A DNA stretch of 64,000 bases from Macrostomum lignano (taxonomy: Eukaryota): assembly GCA_002269645.1 (NCBI GenBank), contig NIVC01002891.1, positions 62,001-126,000 of the forward strand, in the 5' to 3' direction. Made by a program: the position numbers and the translations under genes. Below are positions 39,401-51,112 of this stretch, piece by piece (within the stretch, counting starts at the first letter, position 1; each line of letters begins with the position of its first letter). Under the pieces are notes generated by a model. That model did not search any database, was not told where the DNA came from, and saw only the letters and a program-made list of their open reading frames with translations.

Positions 39401-40823
39401 CTATCAGGGAGGCGAATTTCGACTCCTTCTCAACTGTGTCGGCCGACTTGCCGCCGCTAGCGTTACTGCCGTCGCTGCCGCCGCCGCCAGCGTCCTCTGA
39501 CAGTCTACGGTGGGCGCAATAGATACTGTGAATCTGAGCTGTTGAATAGCCACTCTGACGTACGCCTAGACCGGGCGCTGGAAGCTTCGGTTTTGCTCGG
39601 TTTGGCTGCTGCCGTTGCTGTTGTGGTTGTTGCTGCTGCTGCTGCTGCTGCAGTTCTTTGGCAGATTGAGCAGACAATGCGACTGAATAAGTCGCCTTGC
39701 TGCTGCTGCCAACCGATCGGCGATGATTCTCAATCACCTGCGGGTGCGCGGATATAAATATAGCAAGCGGCACCCTCAACTGGCACTGACCCAATTGCCC
39801 AGCAACCTCTTATGGAGGATTCAGCAACACGGGAGCCCTAAAATTAACCTGTGCGGCCTTGCCAAGTCTTCATACTTCATTCATCATCAGCATCTCGATC
39901 AAACGCATGCCTGCATCATCTCTGACTTCGGAGTTTTGGACCTTCAGGCACTGCTGCGGAAATGTCCGACGACTCAGCTAATCAAGCCTCGGACACTGGG
40001 CAAACTTGAACTACTCGGCAGTCTCTCAACTGGGCTTAACAGTAACCATGTCTAAGACCCAATTTACACATTAGCCGATGAAATTGGTACCAAGGCCAAG
40101 AAGCGTCCCAGAATCATTTGCGTCGTCATAGAAACCTTTCAGAGTCGTTGCATGTTAAAACAGGTAAAAGAAAAAAAGTAAAAGTGGCCAAAGAGAGTCG
40201 CTTAAGGTTAACAATTTTAGGCGTTTTATTGTCTGCGACTCTGGGGCTGTAGAGTCATATCTGAGGCGTGCCGGAGTCGCTGTAAAATCACGGGAGTTGA
40301 TTCTAAAGCGCATCTATAACAACTCTATTTAGCCTACTTTGGTTAGTAGAAAGTAAAGCGCTGACACAACGACTCTTCGACGACTCTTTACGATTCTTCA
40401 ACTCACGTGATGCACTCGTGACTCAACAATCGCCTCTCCATCGCATTACAATAGTTTGAGTCGTGAGTTGTTTACAAGGATTCTTTAGCAATTCTCGTCA
40501 TGGTAACATTTTCAATGGGTTGATCATATATATTACATCACTGCTAATTACCTGATTAGCGGTGGCGCTAGCCAATGAAGCCGAGTGCTGCACCTGGCTG
40601 AGAAACTCCTCATCATTGGCATCCCAGACGTCGTCTGTGCCCCGGTTGAACTTGTCAAAAGCCAGCCGGCTCTGCGAATTGTTTGACGCAATGATTGCCG
40701 CTTTCACAGTCTGCTGGCCTAGCTGAGAGGGAGAGCAGGCCGAAGATGGCCACCAGGTTTGTACAGCTTGCTAGCGCAATTGATGGAGCCAAAGTGCTGT
40801 ACGCTGCTGCGTGTAGGAGGCAT
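36426..40823 (-). CDS. TBC1D22: TBC1 domain family member 22 (Rab GTPase-activating protein)
   Basis: Exons 40754-40823 (start uncertain), 40552-40718, 39123-39737, 38107-38419, 37526-37653, 36426-36662, all phase-consistent. Motifs LRRLAWSG, VRPIVWKLL, YVQGMNDLVTPY, EYLQFAFRWMNNLLMRE, RLWDTY, FHLYVCAAFL. Confidence 0.92.
36890..37310. repeat. ~23-bp minisatellite in a TBC1D22 intron
   Basis: Unit ACTAATAGCATCTCATTAGGGAA. Confidence 0.9.
38520..38935. repeat. 56-bp minisatellite (~7 copies) in a TBC1D22 intron
   Basis: Unit CCATAGACTATACTGTACAATAATTCTACACCACTAAAGTACAGTCATGCCGCGGA. Confidence 0.92.
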
Positions 40824-41723
40824 GCACCAAATTAATTAATATAACAGCTATATGACCTTCTCTGTACCCATTTGTATGGCAGCTTATGTATTTCTACTTT
40901 TAGTAGCATCTAAAGTAGAATACTTTTCTTTACTCTCAGCAACTGATATTTTCAAATGTTTACCAACTAAAATTCACAAAATTATATAGTTTGATTATAC
41001 ATCAGGATCAAAGATATATAATCAAAAATACATTTTATTTTACTTTTACAATTTATTTTTATATATAATGACTCAATAGGGCAGGCTGGCTTTAGTGGAC
41101 CAGACAAAGCAAGTTTTTTTCAAATCTTTTTTTTAATTTTGAAGTATTCATTTTTTATCTTATGCTTGGCCCATTACCATGATTTTATTTGGATGTTTAA
41201 TATAAGATGAATTGCTTTTAAACTCTTAATAATATATTATATCAACTTATGAAATTCTATCTTCTAGTAGCTTTTTTACCACTTCACTTTTCTGCTTGTT
41301 CAGTATGATGATAGGCTTGGATTTTGTTTTATTTAGATACTTTTCTAAGCTTCATATTATCCATTCTGCTATTAGGGCATAACATCTTATAGAAAAACAT
41401 GTTTTATAGGATTTATTTAGATTTCTATTTTTAGGCAAAATGTCATCAACAAGGTCAATAAGAAGTAGGAAAAAACATAGCTTTCTGTCCTTGGTAGATA
41501 ACTTTGTTGAAGAAAGCAGGCTAAATAATGTTGCAATTGATGGTATTAATCAGGCTGATAAAGTGCATTCAAATGCTAAATCATAAAATTTAAAGTCAAA
41601 CACTTCAAACTGAGATTACACAACAATCAAATTTTGCTTTCCATTGCTATCTATCCCAAATTCTTTTACTCCCCAATCCAATTACTTCCAATGACCACCA
41701 AAGCCGACAAACTGAAGCATCTA

Positions 41724-43380
41724 CAGTCATGCACAAAAGTAAGTACACCCCAAGCAAAAATTGAGAAAAACGGTTATAATTTCTGAACCGTCAGCTCTAT
41801 TACGACAAAACTGCATCACAATGATCCTTATTGACTGGCGCTTATTTTGACACATCAAGCTTTGAAAAACTCTTTGTGGCTAAGGAGCTGTGGCCAAAAA
41901 TGCTCAAACACACCTGTGCAAAAGTAAGTACACCCTGCCCTTCACTACCAGTATAACCTCCTCTGTGCAAATGCGAGCCACCACAAGTACATTGCCAGCC
42001 GCCTCACTGCCTGTTACGTCACCAGCGACTTTAGTCCTGCTCGCCCCTGCCCTCAATCGGCTCAGCTACTGGTTTTCATGCTACTATAAAGCTCATGTGC
42101 ACTGCAGCCGCTTCGTCATTGACTTGATACACGCCAGGACAATGCCAAGAGGCCAGGAGCTGTCAGTTCAGTTAAGAAATCGCATTGTAGCAGCTCACGA
42201 TAGTGGCGATGGCTACAAGCGGATATCTGCTGCCTTCAATGTGCATGTATCAACGGTTAGGCGCATCATCGCAAAGTACAAACAGCACGGCACCACAGCA
42301 TCTCTGCCTCGCAGTGGCCGGCCGAGCAAAATTTCAGCTCGCGCGCTGCGCAAACTCATGCAAGAGGTCAGCCAAAACCCGAATGCAACATCAGGCGAGC
42401 TGCAGCAGATGCTGAATGCAGCTGGCTTATTGCCGCACAGGACTACTGTTCGCCAAGCCCTGAACCGCGCGGGCCTCCGCAGCTGCATTCCAAGAAAAAA
42501 GCCTCTGCTGCAGCAGCGAAATCGCGATGCCAGGCTGCAGTTCGCTAATGCGATGCTGAGCAAGCCAGACAGCTACTGGCAGTCAGTGCTTTGGACTGAT
42601 GAAACCAAGATTGAGCTGTTCGGCAGGAATGAGAAGCAGCGCGTGTGGCGCAAGCCGAACACTGCATTTGAGCAGAAACACCTGAAGCCGACAGTCAAGC
42701 ACGGAGGCGGCAGCATCATGCTGTGGGGCTGCTTTGCAGCTGCTGGCACCGGCAGGCTGATGCACATCACCGAGAAGATGAATTCGGCCGTGTATCTGCA
42801 GATCCTTGACGAAAACCTGCAGTCATCAGTGCATGACCTCGGTCTTGGACGAGCTTGGACACTGCAGCAGGACAATGACCCCAAGCACACGAGTGCTGCA
42901 ACTCGGCGATGGCTGCAGCAGAGGCGCATCAAGGTTATGGAGTGGCCAAGCCAGAGCCCTGACCTGAACCCGATCGAGATGCTGTGGACGGATCTCAAGA
43001 AGATGGTTCACGCGAGGAAGCCGAAGAATCTGCGGGAATTGGCCGAATTCTGCATCGAGGAGTGGCGGAAAGTGCCCGCTGAGAGGTGCGCTGCCCTGGT
43101 GAATGGCTACCGCAAGCGGCTCTTGGCTGTGGTGGCTGCACGAGGCGGAGCTACAAAGTATTAAGACAGGGTGTACTTACTTTTGCACATGTGTGTTTGA
43201 GCATTTTTGGCCACAGCTCCTTAGCCACAAAGAGTTTTTCAAAGCTTGATGTGTCAAAATAAGCGCCAGTCAATAAGGATCATTGTGATGCAGTTTTGTT
43301 GTAATAGAGCTGACGATTCAGAAATTATAACCGTTTTTCTCAATTTTTGCTTGGGGTGTACTTACTTTTGTGCATGACTG
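41724..43380 (+). mobile_element. Intact Tc1-family DNA transposon, IR/DR type
   Basis: TA target duplication (41722-41723 and 43381-43382). ~210-bp near-perfect TIRs beginning CAGTCATGCACAAAAG, each with an inner and outer copy of CAAAAGTAAGTACACCC. Confidence 0.96.
42142..43164 (+). CDS. Tc1 transposase, DD34E, 340 aa
   Basis: MPRGQELS... paired-like HTH, GRPSKI, WTDETK, QQDNDPKH followed by 34 residues to the E of SPDLNPIE; no stops. Confidence 0.95.
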   Translation: MPRGQELSVQLRNRIVAAHDSGDGYKRISAAFNVHVSTVRRIIAKYKQHGTTASLPRSGRPSKISARALRKLMQEVSQNPNATSGELQQMLNAAGLLPHRTTVRQALNRAGLRSCIPRKKPLLQQRNRDARLQFANAMLSKPDSYWQSVLWTDETKIELFGRNEKQRVWRKPNTAFEQKHLKPTVKHGGGSIMLWGCFAAAGTGRLMHITEKMNSAVYLQILDENLQSSVHDLGLGRAWTLQQDNDPKHTSAATRRWLQQRRIKVMEWPSQSPDLNPIEMLWTDLKKMVHARKPKNLRELAEFCIEEWRKVPAERCAALVNGYRKRLLAVVAARGGATKY

Positions 43381-45564
43381 TATAAGATGAGCTAAGTCTA
43401 AGTGCCAGTGACAAAGGAGAGTTGGACAGTGATACTGAAAATGAACTGCTAGCCCTGGAATGCCAGAGAACTAGGCCCAATCCTCTAGGAGCAAGGCCCC
43501 AGCCATCCTCAGTGGTTGTGCACCCAGATTGGCCCTTTTCCACAACACCCCAAGATTGGGTTAAGCTATTGAAATAGCAGGCTGATGCTCCAATCAACAT
43601 TGCCCCTGCAATAGTGTGACAACAGCCCAAAGATAGCAACTTGACCATTGTTCTGCTGCACAGTGAGATGCCCAAGAAGGATGCACCATCTTGGATCATA
43701 GCAAGCAATATCTACAGCCTTATCATCCCATGACCCAAAATGACAACTAAGGTTGCCTATTAAACAGCCATTGTCACCCCCTCTGGTAATGCCACTGTCA
43801 ACCTACAAAATGCAACCCCAGCATCAGGCTATGACCAGGCTGCTAGCAAAACAAGAAACCCCAACTGAAATCCTGTCATTAATGCAAGATGCATCCAAGC
43901 TAGAACCACTCCACAAAATCAGCAGCAATTATAGCAAGATCACATTGCTAAAATGCCAAAGCATTACCACATCAAGTATCGCTAACTAGTCATAGAGATC
44001 CAACTCTATTTGGTGCAAATAGGGCGATAGCACATGGATGGTTGGCCATTTCCTATATGAGAGGACCTTTGCTCCACCATCCAGACATTACAGTGGATAC
44101 TGCCTATGCCTGCCCATGCTGTTGCAGTCTAGAAGTGCATTGTTGCAAATGCATTGTTTGATTTAAACCATGGCTAGGTCAACTGACCTAATGTCTGCAT
44201 TGCAATCTAGTGGCTTGGCAAGGAGTATGGCTGGCACTACTTAGATTAGTTACCAATGGAGATACTGACTAAAACCTAGAAAAATACTCATTTATAAATG
44301 CATTCCTATTTTTTATGTTAGGAAAGACAATTATTATAGTTATTTTTAGTAGTACTTATTATTGCAAACCAATACATTTTGCCTTCCTTTTTCTAGTAGT
44401 ATATGCTTGTTTTGTGAAATAGAGACATACAAATTATACGTTTTTACTCATAAAAATATCTTTACCTTTTTCTAATAAAATAGCTACTTGAATATATCTG
44501 AATAACCTATATTGCAATATTATTCATAGTGCATATTTTCTCACCTAAAAGTTTTTTTAATAGTCCACCATCTTTAATGCTTTTTGTATAAATACTAGCA
44601 AAAAATATCTTGAAGAGATAATTCTCTCTTGATCTCACTTTGTTTGCTTATTTGGCCTTGCTAACTAGTGCATATAGCATTGAGGCCTTGATGAACATTT
44701 TGTATTGTGTAAAGAACCTTTTTAAACTGATAATTAGGTTGATTATTTATCTTTTTTGTCTATACTATTTATAGCAAATAATATTAATGAGCATAATATA
44801 TAGTTAATTATAATTAATTATTAATGAGCTTAACACTAACTCTTCCGGATAATTCTATAAGTGTATGCCAGGTATAGACATATACTTTTTTTCTTAGGAA
44901 TCTTGCATGCCAATTGTGCATGCCAACTTTTGGCACACAAGGCCAATGCACACTCAAATTTTTGGCATATTCTATATGATCCAGGGTATAGTAACAATTG
45001 GGCATAAGGTAGTTCTCCAATAGATTTTTTCATCTATAAATAAGACAAAAAAACTAAAATTATATAGAGTAAGCAAAATATATTGCAAAAAATTAAAAAC
45101 TAAAGATATAAAAAGATTAATTTAATTTTTCTTCTTTATTATAGTTATTATTATCAAAAGTAGCTATGTTTTTTTTACTTTATTTAGCAGGAAAATGAAA
45201 TCTATCATTATCAAATAGAATAAAAATACTAAAGTAACCACTTTTAAAATATCTATGGAACTAGAATCTATAGGCTTTCAATATAGGCATTCCCATTGAA
45301 TTTATAATATAGCATCCCTTGTGTTATACTAGGCCTATATATAAATATAACTTTCATTTGATGAGCCTAGGTGCTTTCTATACTTAGTGACTTTGGTTTA
45401 GACTATAGACTAGGCCTAATGCCATATTAAAGCCCCATCAACCATATCATTTTTAGGCTCAAACAATCAGTTTTCCTCTAGCATAGGCTTAACTCCAAGC
45501 ATGAAATAGACTATGGGGCTTAAACAATAGACTATGCCACAATAGTCAATAGTCTAATTATGCC

Positions 45565-47540
45565 CAGGGGTATAGCTAGGAATTTCCTATGGGCCAGGAT
45601 GGAATTCTTGCTCGAGGGTAGGAAAACGCGCGCGCACGTTTTTGGAGCAGCACGCAAGTGCGCATGCCAGCTGTAAAAATAAGTCATAATGCAGATCATG
45701 GCCCCATCACCCCCATGCAGCAAAAAAATGAAATTTCTAGTTTTTCAATTCTATGCCGATGTAAATAAAAAGTTGTACTTTAAGTGTAAAGTAGCTTGAA
45801 CACTATATTTTTTAGAGAAAATATTCTTAAAAATTATGAGAGTTTTATTAAACTTCAAAGAAACTATTTCTGCTAAAAACTATTATTCTTTGTTTTACTT
45901 TTGTTTTGAAATTTTCCGGCGTAAAAACAATCTTCCAGACTATGAAAAGTAGGAGAACTTGAGCCCACATACACCACATGGCACATAACCATGTTGAATG
46001 CATGTACAAGTCAAATCCTGTCTGTGATTCTTTGGCAAACAGCTTCTTATGCAAGTGCATACAATAATGGAGCGCGCACACACCTTCTTTAAGAGCGTGC
46101 AAATAGGCTTCTTTTCAGTGCGCAAGCGCACACGAATTTGACAAGTGCGCACAAATGCGTAACAACTTTTGTGCAAGAATTCTATCCTGGCCTATGGGGG
46201 GATATACCAAGGTGAATTTTCTATGGGGGGGGATACACCAAGGTAATAGTGCTATGACAAAGTCACATGGTAGTATGTATAGCAACAAAGGGCAACAAAA
46301 AAGTTTTGGTCAGGCTCTTCAAGGGGGATATATCCCCCCGGATCCTAGTCATTTCGTCAACTGCCATTTCATCAACTGGACACATCGTCAACCCGTTCCC
46401 CATATTGGTCGTTTTGTCAACCAACCAATAGGATACTTTCAAAGCTTGGTTATTTCGTCAACTGTTCAATGGGACGATGTCAACTTTTGGTCACTTCGTC
46501 AACTGCCAATAATATACGCCCCGCATGCAGCCCTCCTCCTTTCTCATTCTGGGCTTGGAACTAGACAATGGCGGAGTTACTGCCACAAAGATGCAGTTTG
46601 TATGGTAAAAAAAGGAAAATGCATTGCACAAAATCACAAAGATCACAAAGGCCACTGTTGTGTATTGCAAAGGCATGCAATACGTAAGGATAGTTCGGGG
46701 ACAGCGTTTCTAGAAACTTCCATTGCGGACTTGTTTACGCATAGTTCCAGAAGTTTCCTCCCCCGGTCTTTCTAGAACTTTCCTTCCCCGCGTGCATAAA
46801 TATACGAGCCACCCTCCTATTGGCCAAGCCCTCTTTTGGTGCCACTGGGCACCTGGATAATTATCTATCTAGTTTCTGTGTTCGTTAATTCAACAACAGA
46901 ACAGCCACCACAAAGGTCACAATCAAATATAAAGCTGAAGATATGCGCAGAGTGTACAATATACTTATGTAGGGTGGGGGTGGGTGCGAGGATGGATTGA
47001 GAGAACAGGTGTCAACGCAAAGGGTGCTGGTTCAAGTTACAAAGACAGGGCACGTTGTCAGTTTAGGGGTGGGTGCGAAGATGGATTGAGAGAAGTCAGT
47101 TGGTTCATTGGTGGTTCTTTTTGTGGTGAATTCAAAAGTAGTCGAAGAAGAAGGTGGAAAGCGTGAAAGATCAATCTTGCCTTTGTAGCGGCATGCTTGC
47201 TACATGCTTGCTGCATGTATACAAATTAATAGAGAATGTTCTGGAAAATCTGGGAGTTTCTGGAATAATACCCGATAATAACAAAGGTAATAAGTGGATA
47301 TGACATGCATTAGTTGATGTACATGTTATGACATTTGCAAACTGTAGACGAAGTAACTAACATTCTCAAGTCATTTCATCAACTGACTAATGAACCAATC
47401 TAAAACCTTGGTCATTTCGTCAACTTCAAGTGAGACCACCTTAAAATGTTAGTCACTTTGTCAACCCAGTTGACAAACTGGCAGTTGACGAAATGACCAG
47501 CATCCTCCCTCCCTATCCCCCCTCCCTATCTATGCCCTTG
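45565..47540. mobile_element. Decayed non-autonomous hAT-like element
   Basis: Ends CAGGGGTATAGCTAGG and CCTATCTATGCCCTTG; 8-bp TSD ATTATGCC/ATTATGCT. Confidence 0.65.
46348..47499. mobile_element. MITE with repeated-motif TIRs (GTCATTTCGTCAACTG), nested in the hAT-like element
   Basis: Left GTCATTTCGTCAACTGCC and right GGCAGTTGACGAAATGAC; degenerate flanking duplication GGATCCT/GCATCCT. Confidence 0.6.
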
Positions 47541-49057
47541 ATTATGCTATGTCTAATTTCAATTCTATCCTTTTAAATAAAGAATGATATATATACTTGT
47601 GAGCATTTGTTTCACTATAGGAATTCTTATAATTGTTTGCTAAGCACAAATTTAAAGCAAAAAAATATTGAACAAAAATGTAATATTGCCACAAATATAC
47701 CTATACTGGCTATAGTATACAATATAATATATTGCATAATATAATATACATATATATATATATAATATATGTTTTTATTTAATATAAAATACTTAATATA
47801 ATTTGTATTTAATACATGATATAATTTAACAAAATTACTTATTTAATAATATTACTATTTGCTTTTCATAGACCATACTTAACATTAGATCCTAGTAACT
47901 AAATATTGTAACTTAAAAATAGGACTTAAACCAATGTTACTAAAGTATCTGTAAATGAAACAACTGGCAAAACAAAACAGTAGGTCTATACTATAGGCCT
48001 AGTATTCAAAAATTTCAATTCAATTATATTTTTCATATGTGATTCTGTGTGAACTAAAGCCTTATTGAATGTATTCTTTATATTTATGTTGAGATATGTC
48101 TATTTATAACAGTTCATTTAGAAATAGTAAAATTAGAACAGAAGCTAGAAATGATAAAAATTGCCGGTGGTTCTGCTGCTGCAAAATAAGCTGCTGCTTG
48201 TCTAATCTCTAATAATCGTTTCGTCGAAAAAGAAAAAATTGTGTTTCGAAATCAGAGGTTCTTGTTACAAAAGAGATTTTTTAATGTATTTATTTTAAAT
48301 ATTTTTTATTTAGGGCACAAAAAGAAAGTTTGAGTAAACTTTTTATTTTCAGTTTTTTTTAGCTCGGGAGGTTTTGAATTTGTTTTAGCAAATCGGCGCG
48401 ATAAATAATTCAAATTTTCGGATTACATTACGACTAGTGGCTCCGGCTTGATCGAGCTCAGACCTTGTTTGCTCAACTAAAAAAATTCTTTGACTCAGTG
48501 ATTAGCACAATACACAACTAGCAGACTCAACTTTTTAATTTTTCAGATTTAATTACTAACTTTGAAGTATACCTCAGGTCAATTGTATTGGATCCCAGTC
48601 AACAGGTGGCGATATCTTAAAGAAGGTAGTGTTAATTAATACTCTCTGTTGTCTGGGCGTACTTAAAATTCGATTTTGTGAATGGGGTGGGTTAATTAGG
48701 TGTCAGGATTGACTGAATCAATTCATCAAAAAGAGCAGTTCGTCTTTCTCTTAAATTTTGAATGCAAAATTATTGAATTACTTAACTAAGTGGAGCGGAA
48801 TTTTTTGCCTTTAAAGCTAAATGTGGTAGAACAGCACGCTTGATAATGAGAAGTAAAAGAAAGGAGATTGCGAGCATTTTCATTAGAACGACATGTTTCG
48901 CCTAACTTTAGGCATCATCGGGCAGATTGGAATTTATTTAATTTAAGTCAAAACGTAGAGTATAAATACATTTCAGTGGCAGATAGTCAGTGATGCACAA
49001 GATCGTAATAACAAAACACGGGGGAGTCAACAGATCAAAACCGAGACAGACAGAGAA

Positions 49058-49101
<44 letters not shown>

Positions 49102-49120
49102 CCGGGTAGTGGGTGTACGT

Positions 49121-50599
49121 TTAGAACACTCTCAGGAGAGCACCGGCCCCGGAATAACCCAACTGTTTATTTAAAGTTGGTTGCCAGTTTTTAATGTACA
49201 TAGCTTCAATAATCTTAAGGCGATGATCGATATTGCAACTGTGTATGATAGTAAACCTATCCTTTTGTTCACTGTTGGCGCATTCACTACAGGCCATAAG
49301 ATGGTCTTGCACTGCTGATGGCTTTAACCAGTGTTCTCTGCCCCTAACATACAAGTGCCGTTTCGATTTACCTAGGTAGGTAACTCTCTGATCAACAGAG
49401 CACTGGAATTGGTAGACGACACCTGCACGTAGTTGCAGAGGCACACGGCTTTTGAGCTTAGAGACATACTGGCCAACTTTATCGCAATAAAAGGTGATTC
49501 TCAGATTATCATTAGAAAACTGCTTAAAGCACCGGAGGAGCGCTTTCTTAAAACTGATCGAAGCCTCGCCAAAGTAGGGGATAGAAAGGTGCCTATATTT
49601 GGTCTGAAACTGATCTTGCTGTTGTTCATTCACATTGGATTTTTGCAAATGTAATTTTTGGTTGAGAAACTTTTTAAGATGGTAGCTAAGCAGAGATTCT
49701 GGGTAATCATTCATACGGAAATATTTAGTGAGATTAGTCACTTCTTCATGGAAATTCTTCCAGCTGTTAGAAATTTCAAAAGCCCGGTGGAGCATGCAGC
49801 GAACCAGGCCGATTTTCCACTGCTTCGGGCAGATCGAATTAAAGTTAAGCAGAAGGCCGGTGAAGGTTGGTTTTCTATAAACTTTGGTCGAAAGCTGCTG
49901 ACCTTCAATGTTAATGTCAATGTCAAGGAACGGTATGGTTTTTCCGCCTCCCTCAACAGTGAATTTGATGTTAGGATGCGTGTTATTTAACAAATCAAGG
50001 AACTTGGTGTGGTCCGCTTTTTTGTCAAAGATCAAAAGCGTGTCATCGACATATCTCTGATAGAATTTAGGAGCGCAGTCGCTTCTCAGCCATTCCTTCT
50101 CCCAATTGGAGAGGCAAATGTTGGCAAGCGTTGGGGCAAGGGGGCTTCCCATGGCGCATCCGTCGATTTGGCGGTAATACTTATCTTGAAAAAGGAAAAT
50201 TCCGCTAGTGGCCATGACCATGAGCTTACGGAACTGATCTTTGCTATACGATGGTCTAGAGCCTTCTTTCGAGTAGACTAAGTCAGTAGCCAGATCAATG
50301 GCGAGATTTAGCGGAATGTTAGTGAACAGTGAGACAATATCAAAGCTAAAAAGCCTATCATCATCATTGAACTCGACCTCAGATAGCGAGTTCAAAAATT
50401 CTTTACTCGAGTTAACATGATAGTCACGTTCAATGTGCGGCTTAATGAGGCTATCCAAGAACTTGGCTAACTGATATTCAGCAGTGTTGACCATAGACAC
50501 AATAGGTCGCAGTGGTTTATCGGGCTTGTGCACTTTGCACATGCCATACATCTGACCTGGTTGGCTGCCGCTTGGGTAGATTTTATAATAAGTATCAGG
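49121..50599 (-). pseudogene. 5'-truncated inverted copy of the Penelope ORF
   Basis: The translation is identical to the C-terminal ~490 aa of the + copy from PDTYYKIYPSG onward. Confidence 0.9.
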
Positions 50600-50861
50600 T
50601 ATGTTAGGGGCAGAGAACACTGGTTAAAGCCATCAGCAGTGCAAGACCATCTTATGGCCTGTAGTGAATGCGCCAACAGTGAACAAAAGGATAGGTTTAC
50701 TATCATACACAGTTGCAATATCGATCATCGCCTTAAGATTATTGAAGCTATGTACATTAAAAACTGGCAACCAACTTTAAATAAACAGTTGGGTTATTCC
50801 GGGGCCGGTGCTCTCCTGAGAGTGTTCTAAACGTACACCCACTACCCGGCTCTCTCTCTCT

Positions 50862-50947
<86 letters not shown>

Positions 50948-51065
50948 GTCTCGGTTTTGATCTGTTGACTCCCCCGTGTTTTGTTATTACGATCTTGTGC
51001 ATCACTGACTATCTGCCACTGAAATGTATTTATACTCTACGTTTTGACTTAAATTAAATAAATTC

Positions 51066-51112
51066 AAATCTGCCTGATGATGCCTAAAGTTAGGCGAAAC
51101 ATGTCGTTCTAA
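51066..51112 (+). ncRNA. Minimal hammerhead-ribozyme-like motif in the pLTR
   Basis: CTGATGA (51074-51080), stem II GCCTA/TAGGC, GAAA, palindromic ACATGT, GTC cleavage triplet (after 51105). Stem I is weak. Confidence 0.6.

Noticed and set aside
39723-40055. 110-aa antisense ORF in a TBC1D22 intron
   Set aside because: No recognisable motif, no ATG start and no convincing splice partners.
41890-42141. N-terminal extension of the Tc1 transposase in the ORF track
   Set aside because: It starts at a GTG inside the TIR; the family-typical start is the ATG at 42142.
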